Notes: a model not told the origin generated them from the sequence alone. Positions 31,145 to 41,140 are shown, numbered from the whole stretch's first letter. The stretch is 63,796 nt of DNA, filler included, from an uncultured bacterium (GCA_964471275.1; 5 parts of 5 records of this genome joined end to end with filler, not necessarily neighbours in it), one strand, 5' to 3'. A program made the numbers and translations.

Positions 31145-32614
31145 TCAAACAGTTTCTGACGGAACATCTGAAAGGATCCGTAAACCGATCCGGCCTTCCA
31201 AGCTGATCGGTCTGCCGGACTCATCCGTCAGTGAAAGTGGGGCAGATGGGTGCGCCAGGGAGCCAATCACCAGTGCGATGGCAGCGACCGGCACAGCCAT
31301 CAAGTCTGCGGGAAGGTCGGGATAGATCTGCAGGAAGAGCATCCAGGATGCGAAGCCGGCAAGCATGGACCCAAGACACCCGGTCGCGTTCGCGCGACGC
31401 CACCAGATGCCCGCGGTCAGAGGGACGAACAGAGTTGCCAGCAAAACAGACCACGAATCGACCATGAGCGAGTAGATCGTGTTTGCCGCGAAGGCCAGGT
31501 AGAGGGAACAGAGGCCCAGGACGGGTACCGAGATCCGGCACACACGCAGAATGGTCTTTTCGTCGACGTCAGGTCGCAGCCACTTTAGCAGATCCCAACC
31601 GATGACGCTGGCCGGCGCCAGCAGGGCGCTGTCCGCACTGCTGAGCAACGCCGAAATCAGGGCGCCAAGGAAGATGGCGAGTGCCACTGGGGGCAGGTAG
31701 GTGGTCCCCAATTTCATCATCACGAGATCCGGATCTTCCAAATCAGGGAGAACAACGCGTCCTGCGATGCCCAGAAACACCGGAATCAAGCCGACCGTGA
31801 GATACAGGAGGGCCGAAAGATAGGCGCTGTTTTGAGCAATGTTCTCGTTCCGGCTGGATAAGCTTCGCTGGATCAGGTCCTGACCAGCAAGATTTCCCAG
31901 ACCGATAACGAGCCAATCTCGGAAGTACCCAAACCAGGCTGCCCCGTCGCCGTTGTGGGGGTAGAGATGAAACGAGCTGTCCGGGATCTGGGCCCGGATG
32001 GTCTCCCAGCCCCCGGCATCTGCGAGGATCGTGGGGGCGAGGAAGACAAGCCCCAGAACTAGCACAGTTACCTGTATGAAATCGGTCAGGGTCACCGCCC
32101 ACATCCCGCCTGCAGTCGTGTAGAACAAGACGATTGCTGCGCCTATCCAGATACCGAGGTCTGGATCGACACCGGCAACAACCTGTACCACCCGTCCAAA
32201 GGCGACCATCAGTGAAGCGACCCATCCAATATACGTGGGGATGGTACAGAGGGCGGCGATCAGTCTGGCGTGTCTCCCAAAGCGGACCTCGAAGAAGCTT
32301 GCGATGGTTGTGAGCCCCATTCTACGCATGGTCCGGACGTAGAAGAGGCCGGCCACGATCAAGCAGAGCGCAGCGCCGAAGGGATCGGCGATGACGCCCA
32401 TGAAACCGTTCTTGTATGCTTCGCTGGATGCGCCAACAACAATGCCGCCGCCAAACCACGTCGCTGCCAGCGTGCCTGTGGACAACACCAGCCCGAGGCG
32501 TCGACCGGCAACGAGGAAGTCCGACGAACCCTTGACCTTCGATCCGGCGTAGACGCCGACACCGAGTGTGAGGCAGACGTAGACCGTCAGGCCGATAAGC
32601 AAGCTGGTGTCCAT
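31145..32614 (-). CDS. Sodium:solute symporter family protein (choline-transporter-like)
   Basis: DFLVAGR, ATWFGGG, GGMWAVTLTDFIQ, QR.LS, SSADSALL; many TM segments. Confidence 0.9.
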   Translation of the reverse strand: MDTSLLIGLTVYVCLTLGVGVYAGSKVKGSSDFLVAGRRLGLVLSTGTLAATWFGGGIVVGASSEAYKNGFMGVIADPFGAALCLIVAGLFYVRTMRRMGLTTIASFFEVRFGRHARLIAALCTIPTYIGWVASLMVAFGRVVQVVAGVDPDLGIWIGAAIVLFYTTAGGMWAVTLTDFIQVTVLVLGLVFLAPTILADAGGWETIRAQIPDSSFHLYPHNGDGAAWFGYFRDWLVIGLGNLAGQDLIQRSLSSRNENIAQNSAYLSALLYLTVGLIPVFLGIAGRVVLPDLEDPDLVMMKLGTTYLPPVALAIFLGALISALLSSADSALLAPASVIGWDLLKWLRPDVDEKTILRVCRISVPVLGLCSLYLAFAANTIYSLMVDSWSVLLATLFVPLTAGIWWRRANATGCLGSMLAGFASWMLFLQIYPDLPADLMAVPVAAIALVIGSLAHPSAPLSLTDESGRPISLEGRIGLRILSDVPSETV

Positions 32615-32625
32615 CCTGTCTCCTG

Positions 32626-33777
32626 CTACCTGATGCGCCCTGCGTCCCGGAGTGCCTGGACCACACGCGCGACTGGAAGTGCGGGCATCTTACGGTTGTC
32701 GCGGCCCGTCATCGGTTCGGCTGTGAACATCGTGTTAAGCACGGCTTCCTCGGTTGCTTCTATCACGGCCTGGAACAGTGGGGTCAGGTGTCTGTCTGCG
32801 AGCGATCCCGGACGGTCGACGGTTGGCGAGTTCCTGCTCACACGTGTTCGCGACCTGTCAAACCGGTGTGCCGTCGAGAAGGCGACGGCGAAGTCGCCAC
32901 TGCTGGTTCCGGATACGGTTCCGGTTCGCGTGACACCAAAGGCGGATCGGAGGCAGAGCCTCCTGAGCTGATGAGGCAAGAGGGGGGCGTCGGTCGCGAT
33001 GACGATGATGATCGATCCGTCCTTACCAGGTTCCGGAGTCGCCGCCAACTCTCGGCCGATCGGCACACCGTCGACGACCAGCGATCGCGTGCGTCCACAG
33101 TTCGCGTTTACCAGCACTCCGACGGTGTAGCCGCCTTCCTCGATGGGTAGGATACGTGAGGCGGTTCCGATCCCTGCCTTGTAGCCGTATGCGCGCATCC
33201 CGGTGCCCGCGCCGACCGATCCCTCGGCTACGATGCCCGTTGTCGCGCTTTCGATCGCCTCCAGGACGTGCCCCGGTCTGACGTGGCGCCCCGCAATGTC
33301 ATTCAGACCTCCATCGTAGCATTCTGCCACGACCGGGAGGGGAACGCGTCCCGGATGCTGCTTGATCGCGTGGTCAACAACGCCGCTGTATGCGTCTCCG
33401 ACACTGAGCGTGTTTGTCAGCACGATCGGAACTTCTAGCAGCCCGCGCTCATTCACCCAAGCCAGCCCGGTCATCTCTCCGTTTCCATTCAGGATCTCTC
33501 CTGCCGCGTAGACCTGCTGCTGGTAGATGTCATCCATATGAGGCAGGACTGCCGTCACGCCTGTCCGCACAGGGCCCTGCCCTACGACCAGGGCACCCTT
33601 GCCCTGGATCAGGGTCACGTGACCCACGGCCACGCCCGGCACGTCGGTGATAGCGTTGTGAGCACCCGTCCGCAGGACGCCGATCTCGACACCCATTGCT
33701 CTGGCTCTGGGACGTTCGGCCTGGGCAGGGAGGAATGTCGCCGAGAGCAGGATGCTCAGAAAGAGCAACCTGCTCAT
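32626..33777 (-). CDS. P1/S58 family peptidase (DmpA-like L-aminopeptidase/D-esterase) with signal peptide
   Basis: NAITDVPGVAVGH, RTGVTA, NGNGE, EGSVGAGTG, DG/SIIIVIATDAPL autocleavage site, SGDF..AFST; ATGA overlap with upstream stop. Confidence 0.9.
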   Translation of the reverse strand: MSRLLFLSILLSATFLPAQAERPRARAMGVEIGVLRTGAHNAITDVPGVAVGHVTLIQGKGALVVGQGPVRTGVTAVLPHMDDIYQQQVYAAGEILNGNGEMTGLAWVNERGLLEVPIVLTNTLSVGDAYSGVVDHAIKQHPGRVPLPVVAECYDGGLNDIAGRHVRPGHVLEAIESATTGIVAEGSVGAGTGMRAYGYKAGIGTASRILPIEEGGYTVGVLVNANCGRTRSLVVDGVPIGRELAATPEPGKDGSIIIVIATDAPLLPHQLRRLCLRSAFGVTRTGTVSGTSSGDFAVAFSTAHRFDRSRTRVSRNSPTVDRPGSLADRHLTPLFQAVIEATEEAVLNTMFTAEPMTGRDNRKMPALPVARVVQALRDAGRIR

Positions 33778-34736
33778 CGAACCATCTTCTTTGCGAAGGT
33801 CAGGAGAAACATGGAGTTCAGAAAGACGCCTGCGAACGCCTCGAGGGCGGCAATGCCTTTCCCCCACCCGATGGCGACCATATCCCCATAGCCGAGAGTG
33901 GTGAACGTAACGATGCTGTAGTAGATGGACGTGCCCAGAATATGGATGTCCTCGCTGAACCCGTTGGTAAGATGGAAGGCGTAGGTATTGTCCCCGTGGG
34001 CGATCCCGGTGAAACAGAAGATGAGTGCACTGATCATCACGACAGCGACCGAGAAACTGATCACGCGCATCGGGTCTTCACCGTAACCACAGATGATGTC
34101 GACCAGGCGAGACCAGAGCCGGCCCACGGAGAACCGGGGCATCTGTTTACGCTTGCAGACCATCTCGTTGTAGAAGAATTGGCCGGCCACGTCAGTCGAT
34201 CCACTCGCCTCGTACTGCTGGCGAATGTTCCGATAGGTTTGCTCCGCCTCCAGATACTGCGCCAGGGCACCGATGTCGTCCCCCTGTCCGTCCAGCTGCA
34301 TCGCCAGCCGATGGTTGCGGATGATGCAGCCCAGTCCCCAGACGGCACGATCCAGATCGGCGCCCTCAAGGCTGGCCCCCAGCAGGTCTGCGTCCTCGAG
34401 GTTGGACTCCTTCAGGTTGGCGTCCCGCAGGTTCGCCTTGAGCAGATTTGCTCCAGAGAGATTGATCGCGTGTGTATGGCCATCCTTCAGGTTGGCTTTT
34501 TCCAGGTTGGCGTGTGAAAGGTCAAGCTCCATGAGGTAGGCATCCTCGAGGTTCGCGAACCTCAGCTCGTAGCCCTCGCAACTCTCCAGTCCGCGCGCCT
34601 TCTGTTCCAACCGGTCCTTTATGTCCTCTCCCGATTTCTCGGCATCGCGATCGTGCCAGAAGCAGATGTCCTTGTCCTGGTGCGTTTCTTCATTGCACCG
34701 CCTCCCGCTGGGTCCCACATACTCACATTGTGACAT
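33774..34736 (-). CDS. Pentapeptide-repeat protein fused to a two-TM potassium channel domain
   Basis: ANLED/ANLEK/ANLKD/ANLRD repeats, CGYGE.P.RV, YYSIVTFTTLGYGD filter. Confidence 0.9.
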   Translation of the reverse strand: MSQCEYVGPSGRRCNEETHQDKDICFWHDRDAEKSGEDIKDRLEQKARGLESCEGYELRFANLEDAYLMELDLSHANLEKANLKDGHTHAINLSGANLLKANLRDANLKESNLEDADLLGASLEGADLDRAVWGLGCIIRNHRLAMQLDGQGDDIGALAQYLEAEQTYRNIRQQYEASGSTDVAGQFFYNEMVCKRKQMPRFSVGRLWSRLVDIICGYGEDPMRVISFSVAVVMISALIFCFTGIAHGDNTYAFHLTNGFSEDIHILGTSIYYSIVTFTTLGYGDMVAIGWGKGIAALEAFAGVFLNSMFLLTFAKKMVR

Positions 34737-35895
34737 GATTTGCGCCTGCTTGGTCGTTAGGATGTTGATGAAAGGACGAAGTCGTGGTCGTGCGGTGTTT
34801 TCTGTCCTTCCAGTTGAAGCCGAGCACGCTGCCACCCAGGCCGACGATCAGAACGTAGGGTATTTGCAGCAGCAGCCAGACTGGAAAGAACATCAGTTTG
34901 GGAGATGTGTCCAGTCGCCGGGAAGCCAGTCCAATGACCAGCCCGTCAACCAGTGCTCTGGCTGACCACGCGGCGATGCAGAGGGAGGCGAACGGTTCCC
35001 CAAGCAGAAGAGAGAGAAAGGGCAGCGCGCTGAGCACGAATACGCTCAAGATATATACAAAGAATAGCGGATTCAGCCTGAACTGAGCTGTTGCGTTTGT
35101 GGCCCAGCGTTTACGCTGGTTCAGAAGACCAGGTAACGACTCGCTCCGCCAGGTCGTCACGTGACCGCCCACGTCGAGACAGAAGGACGCTCTTGCGCCT
35201 GCTCTTCGGAACAGCTGGAGCAGGAGCACGTCGTCACCGGAAGGACGATCCGCTATGCGCGAGAACCCGTCGATCCGATCGTAAAGTTCACGGCGGTAAG
35301 CGAGGTTTTGACCTGTCGCCGCCCAAGCGGTACCGATGCCCATTGCCCCGGCAGCTGCCGACAGGAGAGCGTAGAGGTCAAACGCCTGGAACCTGTGGAT
35401 GAGTCCTGAGCCGCCCGGCGCCATCTGCGAGTATCCTGCGACGACGGACACGTCCGGTGGGAAGTGCGAGACCATGGTTTCAACCCAGGTTCCGGGAACC
35501 GTGCAATCGGCATCTGTTGTGAGGATGATGTCTCCTCTGGCGCCGGCGATGGCGGTGGCCATCGGTCGTTTCTTGGCCGCGAACGCCGAGAATTCAGGAG
35601 ATGGCGCGAGACAGCGAACTTGATCGAACGACTCCGCGATCTCTCGTGTCCCATCCGTTGAGTCATCGTCTACCACGATGATCTCGTAGAGGTCGGTCGG
35701 GTATGACTGGTTCACAAGCGACTTCAGACAGTTACCGATGTAGGCCTCTTCGTTCCTCGCGGCGACTGTGACCGAGACAAAGGGCTGTTCCCTTGTGCGA
35801 GTTGGCGACATACGCAAGAGACCGACAGCAAAAGCGGCGGTCACCACGAGATAGAGGAGGGCAATGCCTGCCAATAAGACAAAAATCGTGGTCAG
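34723..35895 (-). CDS. GT2 family membrane glycosyltransferase
   Basis: AARNEE, VDDDSTD, TDADC, SGDD, QRKRW; probable CTG start at 35895 (alternative TTG 35874). Confidence 0.9.
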   Translation of the reverse strand: MTTIFVLLAGIALLYLVVTAAFAVGLLRMSPTRTREQPFVSVTVAARNEEAYIGNCLKSLVNQSYPTDLYEIIVVDDDSTDGTREIAESFDQVRCLAPSPEFSAFAAKKRPMATAIAGARGDIILTTDADCTVPGTWVETMVSHFPPDVSVVAGYSQMAPGGSGLIHRFQAFDLYALLSAAAGAMGIGTAWAATGQNLAYRRELYDRIDGFSRIADRPSGDDVLLLQLFRRAGARASFCLDVGGHVTTWRSESLPGLLNQRKRWATNATAQFRLNPLFFVYILSVFVLSALPFLSLLLGEPFASLCIAAWSARALVDGLVIGLASRRLDTSPKLMFFPVWLLLQIPYVLIVGLGGSVLGFNWKDRKHRTTTTSSFHQHPNDQAGANHVTM

Positions 35896-36950
35896 GACGA
35901 GACCTCCTCGATGTCGTAGAACATGCCCTTCAGGCCCTCTGAACAGTTATTACAGATGGGGACAGCAGATCTGTCTTCCAAGATGGCGTTCCTGAACTGC
36001 GTATAGGGCACACCCGACCAAATCTCGTCGAAGGCGTGGCCGTTCGTCGTGTCCCCCAGACCGTAATGTAAGTCCTTGTCGAAGCAGCAGGGCGAGATCG
36101 CACCATCCCAATTGACAACGGTGCTGTACCAGAGGTGCCGACACGTATTCTTGATCCGACCCTTTGTCCGCACACCCTCCTCTGAATAATCGTATCGGCT
36201 CATCGACTCGTCGGCGGGGAGGAACGTCTCGGCATCCGCCTGCGTATAGACCTGGGCGGTCTTGAGAGACAGGCGGTCCACGCCGAAGTCTCTCGCCATT
36301 TGTCGTGCCGCTTCTACCTGGTCTTCGTTCTGTCTCATCAGAATGAACTGCAGGTGGATTCGCGGGGTCGAGGCATTCAGTCGTCGCTTGGCTTCGGTCA
36401 CCTGCTCGATGCCCTTGATCACCCGATCGAAATCGCCGCCGACGCGATACTTGACATACGTCTCCGGGTCGACTCCATCCAGACACAGGATCAGTTCGCT
36501 CAGCCCGCTCTGTATGATCTCTTCGGCCTCGGTCGCATTGCGTATGTAGTGGACGTTTGTACTCGTGACTGTCGGCACATTGTGTCCTGCCGCGTGGCGA
36601 ATCATCTCGATGAGGTTGGGATTCAGGAAGGGCTCGCCCTGGTTCCAGAGCAGGCAGAGCAAGAGATCATCCGCCATCTGGTCGAAGACCTTCTTGAAGT
36701 GGTCCAATGCCATGTTCCCGCGAGGTCTTGTCATTTCACCGTTCCCGGACGGGCACAGGGGGCAAGACAGATTGCACAGGTTGGTTGGCTCGACCATGAG
36801 CATGAGCGGTCGACCCATGCGTATGTCTCGGCGCAGCACGCTGGATAGCGCGTAAGAAAGACCGACTCTGGCGGCGTTTGCGACCCGGCGAGGCGTAGCG
36901 ATCCTGTAGTAACGAGAGACAGCTTCCGGGATCATTCGGAGAGGCAGCAT
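35892..36950 (-). CDS. Radical SAM/SPASM(twitch)-domain protein
   Basis: CNLSCPLC, GEPFL, C..LW...WDG..SPCCFD, C-terminal CNNC. Confidence 0.9.
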   Translation of the reverse strand: MLPLRMIPEAVSRYYRIATPRRVANAARVGLSYALSSVLRRDIRMGRPLMLMVEPTNLCNLSCPLCPSGNGEMTRPRGNMALDHFKKVFDQMADDLLLCLLWNQGEPFLNPNLIEMIRHAAGHNVPTVTSTNVHYIRNATEAEEIIQSGLSELILCLDGVDPETYVKYRVGGDFDRVIKGIEQVTEAKRRLNASTPRIHLQFILMRQNEDQVEAARQMARDFGVDRLSLKTAQVYTQADAETFLPADESMSRYDYSEEGVRTKGRIKNTCRHLWYSTVVNWDGAISPCCFDKDLHYGLGDTTNGHAFDEIWSGVPYTQFRNAILEDRSAVPICNNCSEGLKGMFYDIEEVSS

Positions 36951-36954
36951 GGGC

Positions 36955-38046
36955 TCATGTCCAGGAGGGTCTGCGGAGTGTGCCGAGCGCACAGAAAATT
37001 ACGATGTAGGGAACGGCCAGAAATTCTACGATAGGAAACCAGCCGATAACCTGACCGTAGTTGAGACGTCTTGCTGCCCGACAAAGAAACGCCCCATCTG
37101 CCACGGTCTTAACGATGAGTACCGAGCACAGGATGGGGATCGCGTCGGGGGCGAACCACGCCCAGAGCGGGATCGCAAACAGGAACAGATGGAATATATA
37201 GATGAGCGTGGCGGCGGACAAGATACGAACCCCATAGTAGCGGGCCTTCGACTGATAGCGGATCTGGCGTGACCACTGGCGATCCAGATGGGCTGGTGAT
37301 GCGACCGTGGCCTGCGGATCCTGGTTGTAAACGACACCCCAGCCCGCTGACCTGATTCGTCGCATGAGCAGGACATCGTCGCCGCCGATGATGTGCCCGA
37401 GCGGTCCATAGCCCCCGACATCATCGCAGGCGCTACGCTGGTAAGCAAGGTTGCGGCCTGAACACGTCAGGGGAATGCCAAGCCCTGCGCTGCCGGCAGC
37501 CAGAGCGTTTACCAGCAGGCTCTGGAACACGAGAATCCAAGAGAATCGACCTCCTGGATCGGTCAAGGGTGCTGGCCCAATCACGACGCCGACTTCCTTG
37601 CTGAATGATGCGATGGTCGATGCGACCCACCCCGCGCACGGCACGCAGTCCGCATCCGTTGTGATGATGACAGACCCAGTGGCGTGGGCTAGACCTGTTT
37701 CGAGCGCGTTCTTCTTCGGACAATCCAGGTTGGTTTCGGTCACGAGAACGACGACCAGGTTCGGTATCTTCGTTGACCAGGATGCCGCGGCGTCGGCCGT
37801 CCCGTCCGTAGATCGATCGTCCACAACGATGACCTGGGTCTGCGCAGCGGGATAGGTCTGGGACGCGATTCCCTGGAGGCAGGTGCTGATGTGGTCTTCC
37901 TCGTTGTGTGCGGCGATGATGATGCTGACGTCGGGCAGGAGAATTTCTTCCCGGCGAGGCTGCCGCCCGAGCCCGAGCGTCAGCCCAACCGTAATCAGGA
38001 TATAGAACGCCGTCAGCAGGATGAGAGCCGAGAGGAGGACCGTCAC
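36955..38046 (-). CDS. GT2 family membrane glycosyltransferase
   Basis: AAHNEE, VDDRSTD, KKNAL, TDADC, GGDD, QIRY. Confidence 0.9.
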   Translation of the reverse strand: MTVLLSALILLTAFYILITVGLTLGLGRQPRREEILLPDVSIIIAAHNEEDHISTCLQGIASQTYPAAQTQVIVVDDRSTDGTADAAASWSTKIPNLVVVLVTETNLDCPKKNALETGLAHATGSVIITTDADCVPCAGWVASTIASFSKEVGVVIGPAPLTDPGGRFSWILVFQSLLVNALAAGSAGLGIPLTCSGRNLAYQRSACDDVGGYGPLGHIIGGDDVLLMRRIRSAGWGVVYNQDPQATVASPAHLDRQWSRQIRYQSKARYYGVRILSAATLIYIFHLFLFAIPLWAWFAPDAIPILCSVLIVKTVADGAFLCRAARRLNYGQVIGWFPIVEFLAVPYIVIFCALGTLRRPSWT

Positions 38047-39188
38047 GTCTCGCAGCTCAGCGAATGGCTGATCCAGCTGAGGTTCTGCTCAGGCATGATG
38101 CCGTAATTGTAGAAAGAGATCAGGCCGACGTCCGAACGGCGGGTGGTCTCGACCGTTCTGCTGAGCGTCGCCATATCCGGTGATGCTGGCGGATAAGCTT
38201 GAAGACCGACACCGATCTTCCCCGTGGATCCAGTTTGTGCTGCTGCAGAAGAGATGGTTGTCCGGATCCGGTCGGCATCCGGTGTATAGCAAAGATACTC
38301 GACGGCATCTACGTGCTCGGCGATGGCGGGTATGTCGAGGGCGGATGTGTATCGGTCTCCCATGGCAAGCAGGCGAATCGGCTTGCCAGCGGCTGCGGCG
38401 ACTTCCTGCGTTAATGAGGTGACCACTTCGTCTCTGAATGTCGCGAACGCACGAAGCCCGTCGTCTCGGTCGGTCAATTCTTCGGGGGTGACCGTCAGGG
38501 GATCCCCGGTGGCGAAGATCTGCTCGACCTCCCTGCTCGCATAGGATCGGACAGCGTCAACGTCCACGCCCGCAGATCTGGCCCCCAACTCGCACGCATC
38601 ACAGAAGCAGAGAGAGATCAGATACCGTCCCCCCGCACCCAGATCGACACCGATCTTCGGATGGTAGTGCGTGTGTCCAAAGCCGCCATAGCTCATGGAC
38701 TCACACTCAAGGACGTCGACGCCAGTACTGCAGATATCAGTCGCCAGATTACGCACATACTGGCGCACATCTGCGTTTGCTGGACAGAGTTGATGGCGCA
38801 GTCGCTCGCCAATGCAGGTCTGTTGGGCCATCTGTGGGCAATTGCCAGCGAGCGTGGAGTTGTGCAGGAAGAGCGTCCAGGCGACTAGGTCGAGCCCGGC
38901 AGATCTGGCGGCGGACACGCAGGCGGTCCAGTCTTCGGGACCGATCAGGTCAGATCTCTTTGGGACCAGCGGGTGGTCGAACAGAGCAGGTCTGCAAGGG
39001 TAGTATGCGGCGGATTCGGTCACGGTCAGGAACCGGGGCCCTGTCCCGTGGGGTCTGAGTTCGTCGAAGCAATGATACGTTGCGGTCAGGCTGATGGCCG
39101 TAAGACCGGTTTCAGCTATCCTGTCCGCTACTTTCCGCGGGCCGCCGTCAACCATATCCCACGGATATGTCCAGATCGAGGTCTTCAT
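38043..39188 (-). CDS. Hypothetical TIM-barrel protein (glycoside-hydrolase-like fold suspected)
   Basis: YPWD, ATYH, LCPAN.DVR.Y, CFCDAC, FYNYG; GGGAGG RBS; GTGA overlap with next gene. Confidence 0.65.
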   Translation of the reverse strand: MKTSIWTYPWDMVDGGPRKVADRIAETGLTAISLTATYHCFDELRPHGTGPRFLTVTESAAYYPCRPALFDHPLVPKRSDLIGPEDWTACVSAARSAGLDLVAWTLFLHNSTLAGNCPQMAQQTCIGERLRHQLCPANADVRQYVRNLATDICSTGVDVLECESMSYGGFGHTHYHPKIGVDLGAGGRYLISLCFCDACELGARSAGVDVDAVRSYASREVEQIFATGDPLTVTPEELTDRDDGLRAFATFRDEVVTSLTQEVAAAAGKPIRLLAMGDRYTSALDIPAIAEHVDAVEYLCYTPDADRIRTTISSAAAQTGSTGKIGVGLQAYPPASPDMATLSRTVETTRRSDVGLISFYNYGIMPEQNLSWISHSLSCET

Positions 39189-39262
39189 GATTCCTCCCGG
39201 TTCGGTCCGCACAAGTTAGCCTCAAATTGTGACTTATGGCAACTCTCCCGGGGCGAAACCTG

Positions 39263-39291
39263 TTGACACTCTGATGGCCTCCGTTTATACT
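39263..39291 (+). promoter_or_regulatory. Sigma70-type promoter for the LOG gene
   Basis: TTGACA-17 nt-TATACT, ~50 nt upstream of ATG 39341. Confidence 0.75.
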
Positions 39292-39340
39292 GCGAATTCG
39301 CCCTCAATGATATTATTATCAACGCTTTACGGCCGTATTT

Positions 39341-40141
39341 ATGCAAATTCCCCCATTCCGTTCCGACAAGGCTTACAAGGACCGAGAGTTCCTCAGCAGC
39401 CGGGATGCCCGAACCATTCGGATCCTCTCCGAGTATGCCCAACCGCTGCAACGCTTTCGTGAGGAAGAGATCGATAGTACGATCGTCTTCTTCGGGTCCG
39501 CACGGATCAAGGACCCAGAGGAGGCCGGCCGCGCCCTGGCAGAGGCCAGGGCATCGGGCGACGGAGGACAGATCCGCCTGGCCGAACGGGGCGTCATGCT
39601 AGCAGAATACTACCGGGATGCGGTGACCCTAGCTCGGCTGCTGACCGAGTGGTCGAACGGACGTGACATAGGGAAGCGATTTGCGGTCTGCTCGGGTGGG
39701 GGGCCCGGTATCATGGAAGCCGCCAACCGCGGCGCGTCGGAGGCCGGAGGTCCCTCGGTCGGTTTGAACATCAGTCTGCCTTTCGAGCAGTATCCGAACC
39801 CGTATATATCCGATCGCCTCGGGTTCGAGTTCCACTATTTCTTTATGCGCAAGCTCTGGTTCGTCTACCTTGCAAAGGCGATCATTATCCTTCCTGGCGG
39901 GTTTGGAACGATGGACGAGATGATGGAGGTGCTGACGCTGATCCAGACGAAGAAAGTGGATCGACCTGTGCCTATCGTGATCTACGGGTCGCGGTTCTGG
40001 AAAGATGTGCTGAACCTGGACAAACTCGCGGAGTGGGGCGTGATCGGTCAGGCCGATCTGGATCTGTTCAAGTTTATGGACACGCCCAAAGACGCATTTG
40101 CTTATCTTACCGAACAACTCGATACCCACTATTCTGGATAA
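39341..40141 (+). CDS. LOG family protein (TIGR00730 Rossmann-fold nucleotide phosphoribohydrolase)
   Basis: FFGSAR, SGGGPGIMEAANRGA, FHYFFMRK, PGGFGTMDE. Confidence 0.92.
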   Translation: MQIPPFRSDKAYKDREFLSSRDARTIRILSEYAQPLQRFREEEIDSTIVFFGSARIKDPEEAGRALAEARASGDGGQIRLAERGVMLAEYYRDAVTLARLLTEWSNGRDIGKRFAVCSGGGPGIMEAANRGASEAGGPSVGLNISLPFEQYPNPYISDRLGFEFHYFFMRKLWFVYLAKAIIILPGGFGTMDEMMEVLTLIQTKKVDRPVPIVIYGSRFWKDVLNLDKLAEWGVIGQADLDLFKFMDTPKDAFAYLTEQLDTHYSG

Positions 40142-40150
40142 GCGCTTGGA

Positions 40151-40663
40151 TTGCCACTCTGGGGAGAATTGAGCGAACTGCCCAAGACATCACTCCAGAA
40201 TTCCAAGGGCCTCTACGAGCATCTCTTCGACAGTTCACCGGATATCCTCCTGATAATCGATCAGGATGAGATCATCGAGGTGGCGAACGTTAGTTCCGAG
40301 GAGGTGCTGCAGATTCCGCCTGAGGATCTACGGGGCCAGTCTGTATCCGGCCTTCTCGATTCATCCAATACCTCTGATTTTGCCCTTCTGCTGACGGGGA
40401 TGGCCGAGGGCACGGATATGCCTGAGGTCGAAGTGCACGCCCGAATCGAGTCCGGACCCCGTTTGCCGATGATGCTCGATATACGGCAGATCGAGGGTTC
40501 CAAGGATGCCTTCCTGGTGCGTCTCCGTGATCTGCGTGAGATCAAAGCGCTGGGGCAGGAGTATCGAGGTCTGTTCTAGAGCATCGCCGACTTTGTGTTC
40601 ATCGGCGATCCCGAGACCGGGCAGATACTCCAGGCAAACCGACGTGCGTGTGAGATCACGGGG
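40151..40663 (+). pseudogene. N-terminal part of a multi-PAS sensor; in-frame TAG then truncation
   Basis: PAS1 LFDSSPDILLIID...RLRDL; after TAG 40577-40579 the frame continues SIADFVFIGDPETGQILQANRRACEITG, the start of PAS2. Confidence 0.75.
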
Positions 40664-40712
40664 ATCTATGTGTTCGGTCACGTGATCATTTCTTCAAGAG
40701 CGTTTCTTGGTT

Positions 40713-40937
40713 TTAAGGAGATGGGGTTGTTGTAGGGAGAAGGTCGAGAGGCAGAGCGCAGGGGCGCAGAAGGCGGAGCAACTCGCTTTTCCTGTACGCC
40801 ATTCGGGTGGAGTCGGTTTCCTGCTTTGCGGATGCCCCGTCGTTCGCGGAAACGACGCTGTGACTGTCTGATTCCATGTAGTCTGTCAGAACCTGCTGGA
40901 GTTCGCTGTTGTCATCTATGATCCTGATGTCTGCCAT
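40713..40937 (-). pseudogene. Response regulator receiver-domain remnant with internal deletion
   Basis: IRIIDDNSELQQVLTDYM....VVSANDG matches receiver beta1-alpha2; phosphoacceptor strand missing. Confidence 0.6.
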
Positions 40938-41040
40938 CTTCTTCTCTCAATCGTTAGTGGTCGTGCCGGAGGCCCCGTCCCGCCTGAACAGCCTGCGCCA
41001 AATCCCCCGATTTATTCAGGCCGCCCAAGCGTCCACGGGC

Positions 41041-41140
41041 NNNNNNNNNNNNNNNNNNNNNNNNNNNNNNNNNNNNNNNNNNNNTTAATTAATTAANNNN
41101 NNNNNNNNNNNNNNNNNNNNNNNNNNNNNNNNNNNNNNNN
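41041..41140. other. Artificial contig linker
   Basis: N44-TTAATTAATTAA-N44. Confidence 0.99.

Noticed and set aside
40577..40579. In-frame TAG as possible pyrrolysine or stop-codon reassignment
   Set aside because: TAG ends many intact genes here (for example rplB, rplV, rpsC), the gene is also truncated, and the GxxExxY stop is TAA; simple nonsense mutation fits better
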